The position numbers were made by a program, and so were the translations under genes. This document shows positions 1 through 12,929 of a stretch of 64,000 nucleotides of DNA, piece after piece; positions within the stretch are counted from its first letter, which is position 1, and every line of letters begins with the position of its first letter. The DNA is from Eledone cirrhosa (lineage: Eukaryota): the NCBI GenBank assembly GCA_964016885.1, contig OZ024742.1, positions 342,674,001 to 342,738,000 on the forward strand. The letters run 5' to 3'. The notes under the pieces are model-generated. The model saw only the letters and a list, made by a program, of their open reading frames with translations. It did not search any database and was not told the origin of the DNA.

Positions 1-3000
1 ATCTCCTGTGGTATGAAGTATGTGATCTACAGTGGTATGAAGTATGTGATCTCCAGTGGTATGAAGTATGTGATCTACAGTGGTATGAAGTATGTGATCT
101 ACAGTGGTATGAAGTATGTGATCTCCAGTGGTATGAAGTATGTTAGCTCCTGTGGTATGAAGTGTGTGATCTCCAGTGGTATGAAGTATGTGATCTACAG
201 TGGTATGAAGTATGTGATCTACAGTGGTATGAAGTATGTGATTTACAGTGGTATGAAGTATGTGATCTCTTGTGGTATGAAGTATGTGATCTACAGTGGT
301 ATGAAGTATGTGATCTCCAGTGGTATGAAGTATGTGATCTACAGTGGTATGAAGTATGTGATATCCTGTGGTATGAAGTATGTGATCTCCAGTGGTATGA
401 AGTATGTGATCTACAGTGGTATGAAGTATGTGATATCCTGTGGTATGAAGTATGTGATCTACAGTGGTATGAAGTATGTGATCTACAGTGGTATGAAGTA
501 TGTGATCTACAGTGGTATGAAGTATGTGATCTCCAGTGGTATGAAGTATGTAATCTACAGTGGTATGAAGTATGTGATCTCCAGTGGTATGAAGTATGTG
601 ATCTCCTGTGGTATGAAATATGTCAGCTCCAGTGGTATGAAGTATGTGATCTCCAGTGGTATGAAGTATGTGATCTCCAGTGGTATGAAATATGTGATCT
701 ACAGTGGTATGAAGTATGTGATCTCCAGTGGTATGAAGTATGTGATCTCCAGTGGTATGAAGTATGTGATCTCCAGTGGTATGAAGTATGTGATCTACAG
801 TGGTATGAAGTTTGTGATCTACAGTGGTATGAAGTATGTGATCTATAGTGGTATGAAGTATGTGATCTCCTGTGGTATGAAGTATGTGATCTACAGTGGT
901 ATGAAGTATGTGATCTCCAGTGGTATGAAGTATGTGATCTCCAGTGGTATGAAGTATGTGATCTACAGTGGTATGAAGTATGTGATATCCTGTGGTATGA
1001 AGTATGTGATCTCCAGTGGTATGACGTATGTCAGCTCCAGTGGTATGAAGTATGTGCTCTCCTGTGGTATGAAGTATGTGATCTACAGTGGTATGAAGTA
1101 TGTGATCTCCAGTGGTATGAAGTATGTGATATCCTGTGGTATGAAGTATGTAATATCCTGTGGTATGAAGTATGTGATCTCCAGTGGTATGAAGTATGTG
1201 ATCTCCAGTGGTATGAAGTATGTGATATCCTGTGGTATGAAGTATGTGATCTCCAGTGGTATGAAGTATGTGATCTCCAGTGGTATGAAGTATATGATCT
1301 CCAGTGGTATGAAGTATGTGATCTACAGTGGTATGAAGTATGTGATCTCCAGTGGTATGAAGTATGTGACCTCCAGTGGTATGAAATATGTGATCTACAG
1401 TGGTATGAAGTATGTGATCTCCAGTGGTATGAAGTATGTGATCTCCAGTGGTATGAAATATGTGATCTCCAGTGGTATGAAGTATGTGATCTCCAGTGGT
1501 ATGAAGTATGTCATATCCTGTGGTATGAAGTATGTGATCTCCAGTGGTATGAAGTATGTCAGCTCCAGTGGTATGAAGTATGTGATCTCCAGTGGTATGA
1601 AGTATGTGATCTCCAGTGGTATGAAATATGTGATCTACAGTGGTATGAAGTATGTTAGCTCCAGTGGTATGAGGTATGTGATCTACAGTGGTATGAAGTA
1701 TGTGATCTCCTGTGGTATGAAGTATGTGATCTACAGTGGTATGAAGTATGTGATCTCCTGTGGTATGAAGTATGTGATCTACAGTGGTATGAAGTATGTG
1801 ATCTCCAGTGGTATGAAGTATGTGATCTACAGTGGTATGAAGTATGTGATCTACAGTGGTATGAAGTATGTGATCTCCAGTGGTATGAAGTATGTGATCT
1901 ACAGTGGTATGAAGTATGTGATCTCCAGTGGTATGAAGTATGTTAGCTCCTGTGGTATGAAGTGTGTGATCTCCAGTGGTATGAAGTATGTGATCTACAG
2001 TGGTATGAAGTATGTGATTTACAGTGGTATGAAGTATGTGATCTCTTGTGGTATGAAGTATGTGATCTACAGTGGTATGAAGTATGTGATCTCCAGTGGT
2101 ATGAAGTATGTGATCTACAGTGGTATGAAGTATGTGATATCCTGTGGTATGAAGTATGTGATCTCCAGTGGTATGAAGTATGTGATCTACAGTGGTATGA
2201 AGTATGTGATATCCTGTGGTATGAAGTATGTGATCTACAGTGGTATGAAGTATGTGATCTACAGTGGTATGAAGTATGTGATCTACAGTGGTATGAAGTA
2301 TGTGATCTCCAGTGGTATGAAGTATGTAATCTACAGTGGTATGAAGTATGTGATCTCCAGTGGTATGAAGTATGTGATCTCCTGTGGTATGAAATATGTC
2401 AGCTCCAGTGGTATGAAGTATGTGATCTCCAGTGGTATGAAGTATGTGATCTCCAGTGGTATGAAATATGTGATCTACAGTGGTATGAAGTATGTGATCT
2501 CCAGTGGTATGAAGTATGTGATCTCCAGTGGTATGAAGTATGTGATCTCCAGTGGTATGAAGTATGTCAGCTCCAGTGGTATGAAGTATGTGATCTCCAG
2601 TGGTATGAAGTATATGATCTCCAGTGGTATGAAGTATGTGATCTACAGTGGTATGAAGTATGTGATCTCCAGTGGTATGAAGTATGTGACCTCCAGTGGT
2701 ATGAAATATGTGATCTACAGTGGTATGAAGTATGTGATCTCCAGTGGTATGAAGTATGTGATCTCCAGTGGTATGAAATATGTGATCTCCAGTGGTATGA
2801 AGTATGTGATCTCCAGTGGTATGAAGTATGTCATATCCTGTGGTATGAAGTATGTGATCTCCAGTGGTATGAAGTATGTCAGCTCCAGTGGTATGAAGTA
2901 TGTGATCTCCAGTGGTATGAAGTATGTGATCTCCAGTGGTATGAAATATGTGATCTACAGTGGTATGAAGTATGTTAGCTCCAGTGGTATGAGGTATGTG

Positions 3001-5700
3001 ATCTACAGTGGTATGAAGTATGTGATCTCCTGTGGTATGAAGTATGTGATCTACAGTGGTATGAAGTATGTGATCTCCTGTGGTATGAAGTATGTGATCT
3101 ACAGTGGTATGAAGTATGTGATCTCCAGTGGTATGAAGTATGTGATCTACAGTGGTATGAAGTATGTGATCTACAGTGGTATGAAGTATGTGATCTCCAG
3201 TGGTATGAAGTATGTTAGCTCCTGTGGTATGAAGTGTGTGATCTCCAGTGGTATGAAGTATGTGATCTACAGTGGTATGAAGTATGTGATCTACAGTGGT
3301 ATGAAGTATGTGATTTACAGTGGTATGAAGTATGTGATCTCTTGTGGTATGAAGTATGTGATCTACAGTGGTATGAAGTATGTGATCTCCAGTGGTATGA
3401 AGTATGTGATCTACAGTGGTATGAAGTATGTGATATCCTGTGGTATGAAGTATGTGATCTCCAGTGGTATGAAGTATGTGATCTACAGTGGTATGAAGTA
3501 TGTGATATCCTGTGGTATGAAGTATGTGATCTACAGTGGTATGAAGTATGTGATCTACAGTGGTATGAAGTATGTGATCTACAGTGGTATGAAGTATGTG
3601 ATCTCCAGTGGTATGAAGTATGTAATCTACAGTGGTATGAAGTATGTGATCTCCAGTGGTATGAAGTATGTGATCTCCTGTGGTATGAAATATGTCAGCT
3701 CCAGTGGTATGAAGTATGTGATCTCCAGTGGTATGAAGTATGTGATCTCCAGTGGTATGAAATATGTGATCTACAGTGGTATGAAGTATGTGATCTCCAG
3801 TGGTATGAAGTATGTGATCTCCAGTGGTATGAAGTATGTGATCTCCAGTGGTATGAAGTATGTGATCTACAGTGGTATGAGGTTTGTGATCTACAGTGGT
3901 ATGAAGTATGTGATCTATAGTGGTATGAAGTATGTGATCTCCTGTGGTATGAAGTATGTGATCTACAGTGGTATGAAGTATGTGATCTCCAGTGGTATGA
4001 AGTATGTGATCTCCAGTGGTATGAAGTATGTGATCTACAGTGGTATGAAGTATGTGATATCCTGTGGTATGAAGTATGTGATCTCCAGTGGTATGAAGTA
4101 TGTCAGCTCCAGTGGTATGAAGTATGTGCTCTCCTGTGGTATGAAGTATGTGATCTACAGTGGTATGAAGTATGTGATCTCCAGTGGTATGAAGTATGTG
4201 ATATCCTGTGGTATGAAGTATGTAATATCCTGTGGTATGAAGTATGTGATCTCCAGTGGTATGAACTATGTGATCTCCAGTGGTATGAAGTATGTGATAT
4301 CCTGTGGTATGAAGTATGTGATCTCCAGTGGTATGAAGTATGTGATCTCCAGTGGTATGAAGTATATGATCTCCAGTGGTATGAAGTATGTGATCTACAG
4401 TGGTATGAAGTATGTGATCTCCAGTGGTATGAAGTATGTGACCTCCAGTGGTATGAAATATGTGATCTACAGTGGTATGAAGTATGTGATCTCCAGTGGT
4501 ATGAAGTATGTGATCTCCAGTGGTATGAAATATGTGATCTCCAGTGGTATGAAGTATGTGATCTCCAGTGGTATGAAGTATGTCATATCCTGTGGTATGA
4601 AGTATGTGATCTCCAGTGGTATGAAGTATGTCAGCTCCAGTGGTATGAAGTATGGGATCTCCAGTGGTATGAAGTATGTGATCTCCAGTGGTATGAAATA
4701 TGTGATCTACAGTGGTATGAAGTATGTTAGCTCCAGTGGTATGAGGTATGTGATCTACAGTGGTATGAAGTATGTGATCTCCTGTGGTATGAAGTATGTG
4801 ATCTACAGTGGTATGAAGTATGTGATCTCCTGTGGTATGAAGTATGTGATCTACAGTGGTATGAAGTATGTGATCTACAGTGGTATGAAGTATGTGATCT
4901 ACAGTGGTATGAAGTATGTGATCTACAGTGGTATGAAGTATGTGATCTCCAGTGGTATGAAGTATGTTAGCTCCTGTGGTATGAAGTGTGTGATCTCCAG
5001 TGGTATGAAGTATGTGATCTACAGTGGTATGAAGTATGTGATCTACAGTGGTATGAAGTATGTGATTTACAGTGGTATGAAGTATGTGATCTCTTGTGGT
5101 ATGAAGTATGTGATCTACAGTGGTATGAAGTATGTGATCTCCAGTGGTATGAAGTATGTGATCTACAGTGGTATGAAGTATGTGATATCGTGTGGTATGA
5201 AGTATGTGATCTCCAGTGGTATGAAGTATGTGATCTACAGTGGTATGAAGTATGTGATATCCTGTGGTATGAAGTATGTGATCTACAGGGGTATGAAGTA
5301 TGTGATCTACAGTGGTATGAAGTATGTGATCTACAGTGGTATGAAGTATGTGATCTCCAGTGGTATGAAGTATGTAATCTACAGTGGTATGAAGTATGTG
5401 ATCTCCAGTGGTATGAAGTATGTGATCTCCTGTGGTATGAAATATGTCAGCTCCAGTGGTATGAAGTATGTGATCTCCAGTGGTATGAAGTATGTGATCT
5501 CCAGTGGTATGAAATATGTGATCTACAGTGGTATGAAGTATGTGATCTCCAGTGGTATGAAGTATGTGATCTCCAGTGGTATGAAGTATGTGATCTCCAG
5601 TGGTATGAAGTATGTCAGCTCCAGTGGTATGAAGTATGTGATCTCCAGTGGTATGAAATATGTGATCTACAGTGGTATGAAGTATGTTAGCTCCAGTGGT
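1..5700 (+). repeat. Higher-order duplication with about 3.07 kb (128-unit) period, itself built of related ~1.8 kb and ~1.3 kb sub-blocks
   Basis: Rare variant TTTGTGATC occurs at 811 and 3883, and GTGCTCTCC at ~1054 and ~4126 (both offset 3072). The AAGTGTGTG marker occurs at 162, 1962, 3234 and 4986. Boundaries are approximate. Confidence 0.85.
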
Positions 5701-8700
5701 ATGAAGTATGTGATCTACAGTGGTATGAAGTATGTCAGCTCCAGTGGTATGAAGTATGTGATCTCCAGTGGTATGAAGTATGTGATCTACAGTGGTATGA
5801 AGTATGTGATCTACAGTGGTATGAAGTATGTGATCTACAGTGGTATGAAGTATGTGATCTACAGTGGTATGAAGTATGTCATCTACAGTGGTATGAAGTA
5901 TGTGATCTACAGTGGTATGAAGTATGTCAGCTCCAGTGGTATGAAGTATGTGATCTACAGTGGTATGAAGTATGTAATCTACAGTGGTATGAAGTATGTG
6001 ATCTCCAGTGGTATGAAGTATGTGATCTCCTGTGGTATGAAATATGTGATCTACAGTGGTATGAAGTATGTGATCTCCAGTGGTATGAAGTATGTGATCT
6101 CCAGTGGAATGAAATATGTGATCTCCAGTGGTATGAAGTATGTGATCTCCAGTGGTATGAAGTATGTGACCTCCAGTGGTATGAAATATGTGATCTACAG
6201 TGGTATGAAGTATGTGATCTCCAGTGGTATGAAGTATGTGATCTCCAGTGGTATGAAATATGTGATCTCCAGTGGTATGAAGTATGTGATCTCCAGTGGT
6301 ATGAAGTATGTCATATCCTGTGGTATGAAGTATGTGATCTCCAGTGGTATGAAGTATGTCAGCTCCAGTGGTATGAAGTCTGTGATCTCCAGTGGTATGA
6401 AGTATGTGATCTCCAGTGGTAGGAAATATGTGATCTACAGTGGTATGAAGTATGTTAGCTCCAGTGGTATGAGGTATGTGATCTACAGTGTTATGAAGTA
6501 TGTGATCTCCTGTGGTATGAAGTATGTGATCTACAGTGGTATGAAGTATGTGATCTCCAGTGGTATGAAATATGTGATCTACAGTGGTATGAAGTATGTG
6601 ATCTACATTGGTATGAAGTATGGGATCTCCAGTGGTATGAAGTATGTTAGCTCCAGTGGTATGAAGTGTGTGATCTCCAGTGGTATGAAGTATGTGATCT
6701 ACAGTGGTATGAAGTATGTGATCTACAGTGGTATGAAGTATGTGATTTACAGTGGTATGAAGTATGTGATCTCCTGTGGTATGAAGTATGTGATCTACAG
6801 TGGTATGAAGTATGTGATCTCCAGTGGTATGAAGTATGTGATCTACAGTGGTATGAAGTATGTGATATCCTGTGGTATGAAGTATGTGATATCCAGTGGT
6901 ATGAAGTATGTCAGCTCCAGTGGTATGAAGTATGTGATCTCCTGTGGTATGAAGTATGTGATCTACAGTGGTATGAAGTATGTGATCTCCAGTGGTATGA
7001 AGTATGTGATATCCTGTGGTATGAAGTATGTGATATCCTGTGGTATGAAGTATGTGATCTCCAGTGGTATGAAGTATGTCAGCTCCAGTGGTATGAAGTA
7101 TGTGATCTCCAGTTGTATGAAGTATGTGATCTACAGTGGTATGAAGTATATGATCTCCTGTGGTATGAAGTATGTGATCTACAGTGGTATGAAGTATGTT
7201 AGCTCCTGTGGTATGAAGTATGTGATCTCCAGTGGTATGAAGTATGTGATCTCCAGTGGTATGAAGTATGTGATCTACAGTGGTATGAAGTCTGTGATCT
7301 CCTGTGGTATGAAGTATGTGATCTACAGTGCTATGAAGTATGTGATATCCTGTGGTATGAAGTATGTGATATCCTGTGGTATGAAGTATGTGATCTCCAG
7401 TGGTATGAAGTATGTGATATCCTGTGGTATTAAGTATGTGATCTCCAGTGGTATGAAGTATGTGATCTCCAGTGGTATGAAGTATATGATCTCCAGTGGT
7501 ATGAAGTATGTGATCTACAGTGGTATGAAGTATGTGATCTCCAGTAGTATGAAATATGTCAGCTCCAGTGGTATGAAGTATGTGATCTCCAGTGCTATGA
7601 AGTATGTGATCTCCAGTGGTATGAAGTATGTGATCTCCAGTGGCATGAAGTATGTGATCTCCAGTGGTATGAAGTATGTCAACTCCAGTGGTATGAAGTA
7701 TGTCAGCTCCAGTGGTATGAAGTATGTGATCTCCAGTGGTATGAAGTATGTGATCTCCAGTGGTATGAAGTATGTCAACTCCAGTGGTATGAAGTATGTG
7801 ATCTCCAGTGGTATGAAGTATGTGATCTCCAGTGGTATGAAGTATGTGATCTCCAGTGGTATGAAGTATGTCAGCTCCAGTGGTATGAAGTATGTGATAT
7901 CCTGTGGTATGAAGTATGTGATCTACAGTGGTATGAAGTATGTGATCTCCAGTGGTATGAAGTATGTGATCTACAGTGGTATGAAGTATGTGATCTCCAG
8001 TGGTATGAAGTATGTGATCTCCAGTGGTATGAAGTATGTGATCTACAGTGTTATGAAGTATGTGATATCCTGTGGTATGAAGTATGTGATCTCCAGTGGT
8101 ATGAAATATGTGATCTCCAGTGGTATGAAGTATGTGATCTCCAGTGGTATGAAGTATGTGATCTCCAGTGGTATGAAGTATGTGATCTCCAGTGGTATGA
8201 AATATGTGATCTACAGTGGTATGAAATATGTGATCTCCAGTGGTATGAAGTATGTGATCTCCAGTGGTATGAAATATGTGATCTCCAGTGGTATGAAGTA
8301 TGTGATCTCCAGTGGTATGAAGTATGTCATATCCTGTGGTATGAAGTATGTGATCTCCAGTGGTATGGAGTATGTCAGCTCCAGTTGTATGAAGTATGTG
8401 ATCTCCAGTGGTATGAAGTATGTGATCTCCAGTGGTATGAAATATGTGATCTACAGTGGTATGAAGTATGTTAGCTCCAGTGGTATGAAGTATGTGATCT
8501 ACAGTGGTATGAAGTATGTGATCTCCAGTGGTATGAAGTATGTGATCTACAGTGGTATGAAGTATGTGATCTACAGTGGTATGAAGTATGTGATCTCCAG
8601 TGGTATGAAGTATGTTAGCTCCAGTGGTATGAAGTGTGTGATCTACAGTGGTATGAAGTATGTGATCTACAGTGGTACGAAGTATGTAATCTCCAGTGGT

Positions 8701-11700
8701 ATGAAGTATGTGATCTACAGTGGTATGAAGTATGTGATCTACAGTGGTATGAAGTATGTGATCTATAGTGGTATGAAGTATGTGATCTCCTGTGGTATGA
8801 AGTATGTGATCTACAGTGGTATGAAGTATGTGATCTCCAGTGGTATGAAGTATGTGATCTCCAGTGGTATGAAGTATGTGATCTACAGTGGTATGAAGTA
8901 TGTGATATCCTGTGGTATGAAGTATGTGATCTCCAGTGGTATGAAGTATGTCAGCTCCAGTGGTATGAAGTATGTGCTCTCCTGTGGTATGAAGTATGTG
9001 ATCTACAGTGGTATGAAGTATGTGATCTCCAGTGGTATGAAGTATGTGATATCCTGTGGTATGAAGTATGTAATATCCTGTGGTATGAAGTATGTGATCT
9101 CCAGTGGTATGAAGTATGTGATCTCCAGTGGTATGAAGTATGTGATATCCTGTGGTATGAAGTATGTGATCTCCAGTGGTATGCAGTATGTGATCTCCAG
9201 TGGTATGAAGTATATGATCTCCAGTGGTATGAAGTATGTGATCTACAGTGGTATGAAGTACGTGATCTCCAGTGGTATGAAGTATGTGACCTCCAGTGGT
9301 ATGAAATATGTGATCTACAGTGGTATGAAGTATGTGATCTCCAGTGGTATGAAGTATGTGATCTCCAGTGGTATGAAATATGTGATCTCCAGTGGTATGA
9401 AGTATGTGATCTCCAGTGGTATGAAGTATGTCATATCCTGTGGTATGAAGTATGTGATCTCCAGTGGTATGAAGTATGTCAGCTCCAGTGGTATGAAGTA
9501 TGTGATCTCCAGTGGTATGAAGTATGTGATCTCCAGTGGTATGAAATATGTGATCTACAGTGGTATGAAGTATGTTAGCTCCAGTGGTATGAGGTATGTG
9601 ATCTACAGTGGTATGAAGTATGTGATCTCCTGTGGTATGAAGTATGTGATCTACAGTGGTATGAAGTATGTGATCTCCAGTGGTATGAAGTATGTGATCT
9701 ACAGTGGTATGAAGTATGTGATCTCCAGTGGTATGAAGTATGTTAGCTCCTGTGGTATGAAGTGTGTGATCTCCAGTGGTATGAAGTATGTGATCTACAG
9801 TGGTATGAAGTATGTGATCTACAGTGGTATGAAGTATGTGATTTACAGTGGTATGAAGTATGTGATCTCTTGTGGTATGAAGTATGTGATCTACAGTGGT
9901 ATGAAGTATGTGATCTCCAGTGGTATGAAGTATGTGATCTACAGTGGTATGAAGTATGTGATATCCTGTGGTATGAAGTATGTGATCTCCAGTGGTATGA
10001 AGTATGTCAGCTCCAGTGGTATGAAGTATGTGATCTCCTGTGGTATGAAGTATGTGATCTACAGTGGTATAAAGTATGTGATCTCCAGTGGTATGAAGTA
10101 TGTGATATCCTGTGGTATGAAGTATGTGATATCCTGTTGTATGAAGTATGTGATCTTCAGTGGTATGAAGTATGTCAGCTCCAGTGGTATGAAGTATGTG
10201 ATCTCCAGTTGTATGAAGTATGTGGTCTACAGTGGTATGAAGTATATGATCTCCTGTGGTATGAAGTATGTGATCTACAGTGGTATGAAGTATGTTAGCT
10301 CCTGTGGTATGAAGTATGTGATCTCCAGTGGTATGAAGTATGTGATCTCCAGTGGTATGAAGTATGTGATCTACAGTGGTATGAAGTATGTGATCTCCTG
10401 TGGTATGAAGTATGTGATCTACAGTGGTATGAAGTATGTGATCTCCAGTGGTATGAAGTATGTGATCTATAGTGGTATGAAGTATGTGATCTACAGTGGT
10501 ATGAAGTATGTGATCTACAGTGGTATGAAGTATGTGATATCCTGTGGTATGAAGTATGTGATATCCTGTGGTATGAAGTATGTGATCTCCAGTGGTATGA
10601 AGTATGTGATCTCCAGTGGTATGAAGTATGTGATCTCCAGTGGTATGAAGTATGTGATATCCTGTGGTATTAAGTATGTGATCTCCAGTGGTATGAAGTA
10701 TGTGATCTCCAGTGGTATGACGTATATGATCTCCAGTGGTATGAAGTATGTGATCTACAGTGGTATGAAGTATGTGATCTCCAGTAGTATGAAGTATGTC
10801 AGCTCCAGTGGTATGAAGTATGTGATCTCCAGTGGTATGAAGTATGTGATCTCCAGTGGTATGAAGTATGTGATCTCCAGTGGTATGAAGTATGTCAACT
10901 CCAGTGGTATGAAGTATGTCAGCTCCAGTGGTATGAAGTATGTGATCTACAGTGGTATGAAGTATGTGATCTCCAGTGGTATGAAGTATGTCAACTCCAG
11001 TGGTATGAAGTATGTGATCTCCAGTGGTATGAAGTATGTGATCTCCAGTGGTATGAAGTATGTGATCTCCAGTGGTATGAAGTATGTCAGCTCCAGTGGT
11101 ATGAAGTATGTGATATCCTGTGGTATGAAGTATGTGATCTACAGTGGTATGAAGTATGTGATCTACAGTGGTATGAAGTATGTGATCTACAGTTGTATGA
11201 AGTATGTGATCTCCAGTGGTATGAAGTATGTGATCTCCAGTGGTATGAAGTATGTGATCTACAGTGGTATGAAGTATGTGATATCCTGTGGTATGAAGTA
11301 TGTGATCTCCAGTGGTATGAAATATGTGATCTCCAGTGGTATGAAGTATGTGATCTCCAGTGGTATGAAGTATGTGATCTCCAGTGGTATGAAGTATGTG
11401 ATCTCCAGTGGTATGAAATATGTGATCTACAGTGGTATGAAGTATGTGATCTCCAGTGGTATGAAATATGTGATCTCCAGTGGTATGAAGTATGTGATCT
11501 CCAGTGGTATGAAGTATGTCATATCCTTAGGTATGAAGTATGTGATCTCCAGTGGTATGGAGTATGTCAGCTCCAGTGGTATGAAGTATGTGATCTCCAG
11601 TGGTATGAAGTATTTGATCTCCAGTGGTATGAAATATGTGATCTACAGTGGTATGAAGTATGTTAGCTCCAGTGGTATGAAGTATGTGATCTACAGTGGT

Positions 11701-11781
11701 ATGAAGTATGTGATCTCCAGTGGTATGAAGTATGTGATCTACAGTGGTATGAAGTATGTGATCTCCTGTGGTATGAAGTAA
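1..11781 (+). other. Stop-free reading frame of at least 11.8 kb, (MKYVI[S/Y][S/C]G)n; most likely a by-product of the repeat rather than a gene
   Basis: Frame +1 is open from the window start to a TAT>TAA point change at 11779-11781. The same repeat continues afterwards with sporadic stops and frameshifts, and there is no unique N- or C-terminal domain. The confidence value refers to this being a real CDS. Confidence 0.07.
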
Positions 11782-12929
11782 GTGATCTACAGTGGTATGA
11801 AGTATGTGATCTCCAGTGGTATGAAGTATGTGATCTACAGTGGTATGAAGTATGTGATCTACAGTGGTATGAAGTATGTGATATCCTGTGGTATGAAGTA
11901 TGTAATATCCTGTGGTATGAAGTATGGGATCTCCAGTGGTATGAAGTATGTGATCTCCAGTGGTATGAAGTATGTGATATCCTGTGGTATGAAGTATGTG
12001 ATCTCCAGTGGTATGAAGGATGTGATCTCCAGTGGTATGAAGTATATGATCTCCAGTGGTATGAAGTATGTGATCTACAGTGGTATGAAGTATGTGATCT
12101 CCAGTAGTATGAAGTATGTCAGCTCCAGTGGTATGAAGTATGTGATCTCCAGTGGTATGAAGTATGTGATCTCCAGTGGTATGAAGTATGTGATCTCCAG
12201 TGGTATGAAGTATGTGATCTCCAGTGGTATGAAGTATGTCAACTCCAGTGGTATGAAGTATGTCAGCTCCAGTGGTATGAAGTATGTGATCTACAGTGGT
12301 ATGAAGTATGTCAACTCCAGTGGTATGAAGTATGTGATCTCCAGTGGTATGAAGTATGTGATCTCCAGTGGTATGAAGTATGTGATCTCCAGTGGTATGA
12401 AGTATGTCAGCTCCAGTGGTATGAAGTATGTGATATCCTGTGGTATGAAGTATGTGATCTACAGTGGTATGAAGTATGTGATCTACAGTGGTATGAAGTA
12501 TGGGATCTCCAGTGGTATGAAGTATGTGATCTCCAGTGGTATGAAGTATGTGATCTACAGTGGTATGAAGTATGTGATATCCTGTGGTATGAAGTATGTG
12601 ATCTCCAGTGGTATGAAATATGTGATCTCCAGTGGTATGAAGTATGTGATCTGCACTGGTATGAAGTATGTGATCTCCAGTGGTATGAAGTATGTGATAT
12701 CCTGTGGTATGAAGTATGTGATCTATAGTGGTATGAAGTATGTGATCTCCAGTGGTATGAAGTATGTGATCTCCAGTGGTATGAAGTATGTGATCTCCAG
12801 TGGTATGAAGTATGTCAGCTCCAGTGGTATGAAGTATGTGATCTCCAGTGGTATGAAGTATGTGATCTCCAGTGGTATGAGCTATGTCAGCTCCAGTGGT
12901 ATGAAGTATGGGATATCCTGTGGTATGAA

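Noticed and set aside
20-29. ATGTGATCTA matches one half of the bacterial CRP consensus site, and GATC is the Dam site
   Set aside because: The second half-site (TCACA at the right spacing) is absent, there is no promoter or gene context, and nothing indicates a bacterial origin.
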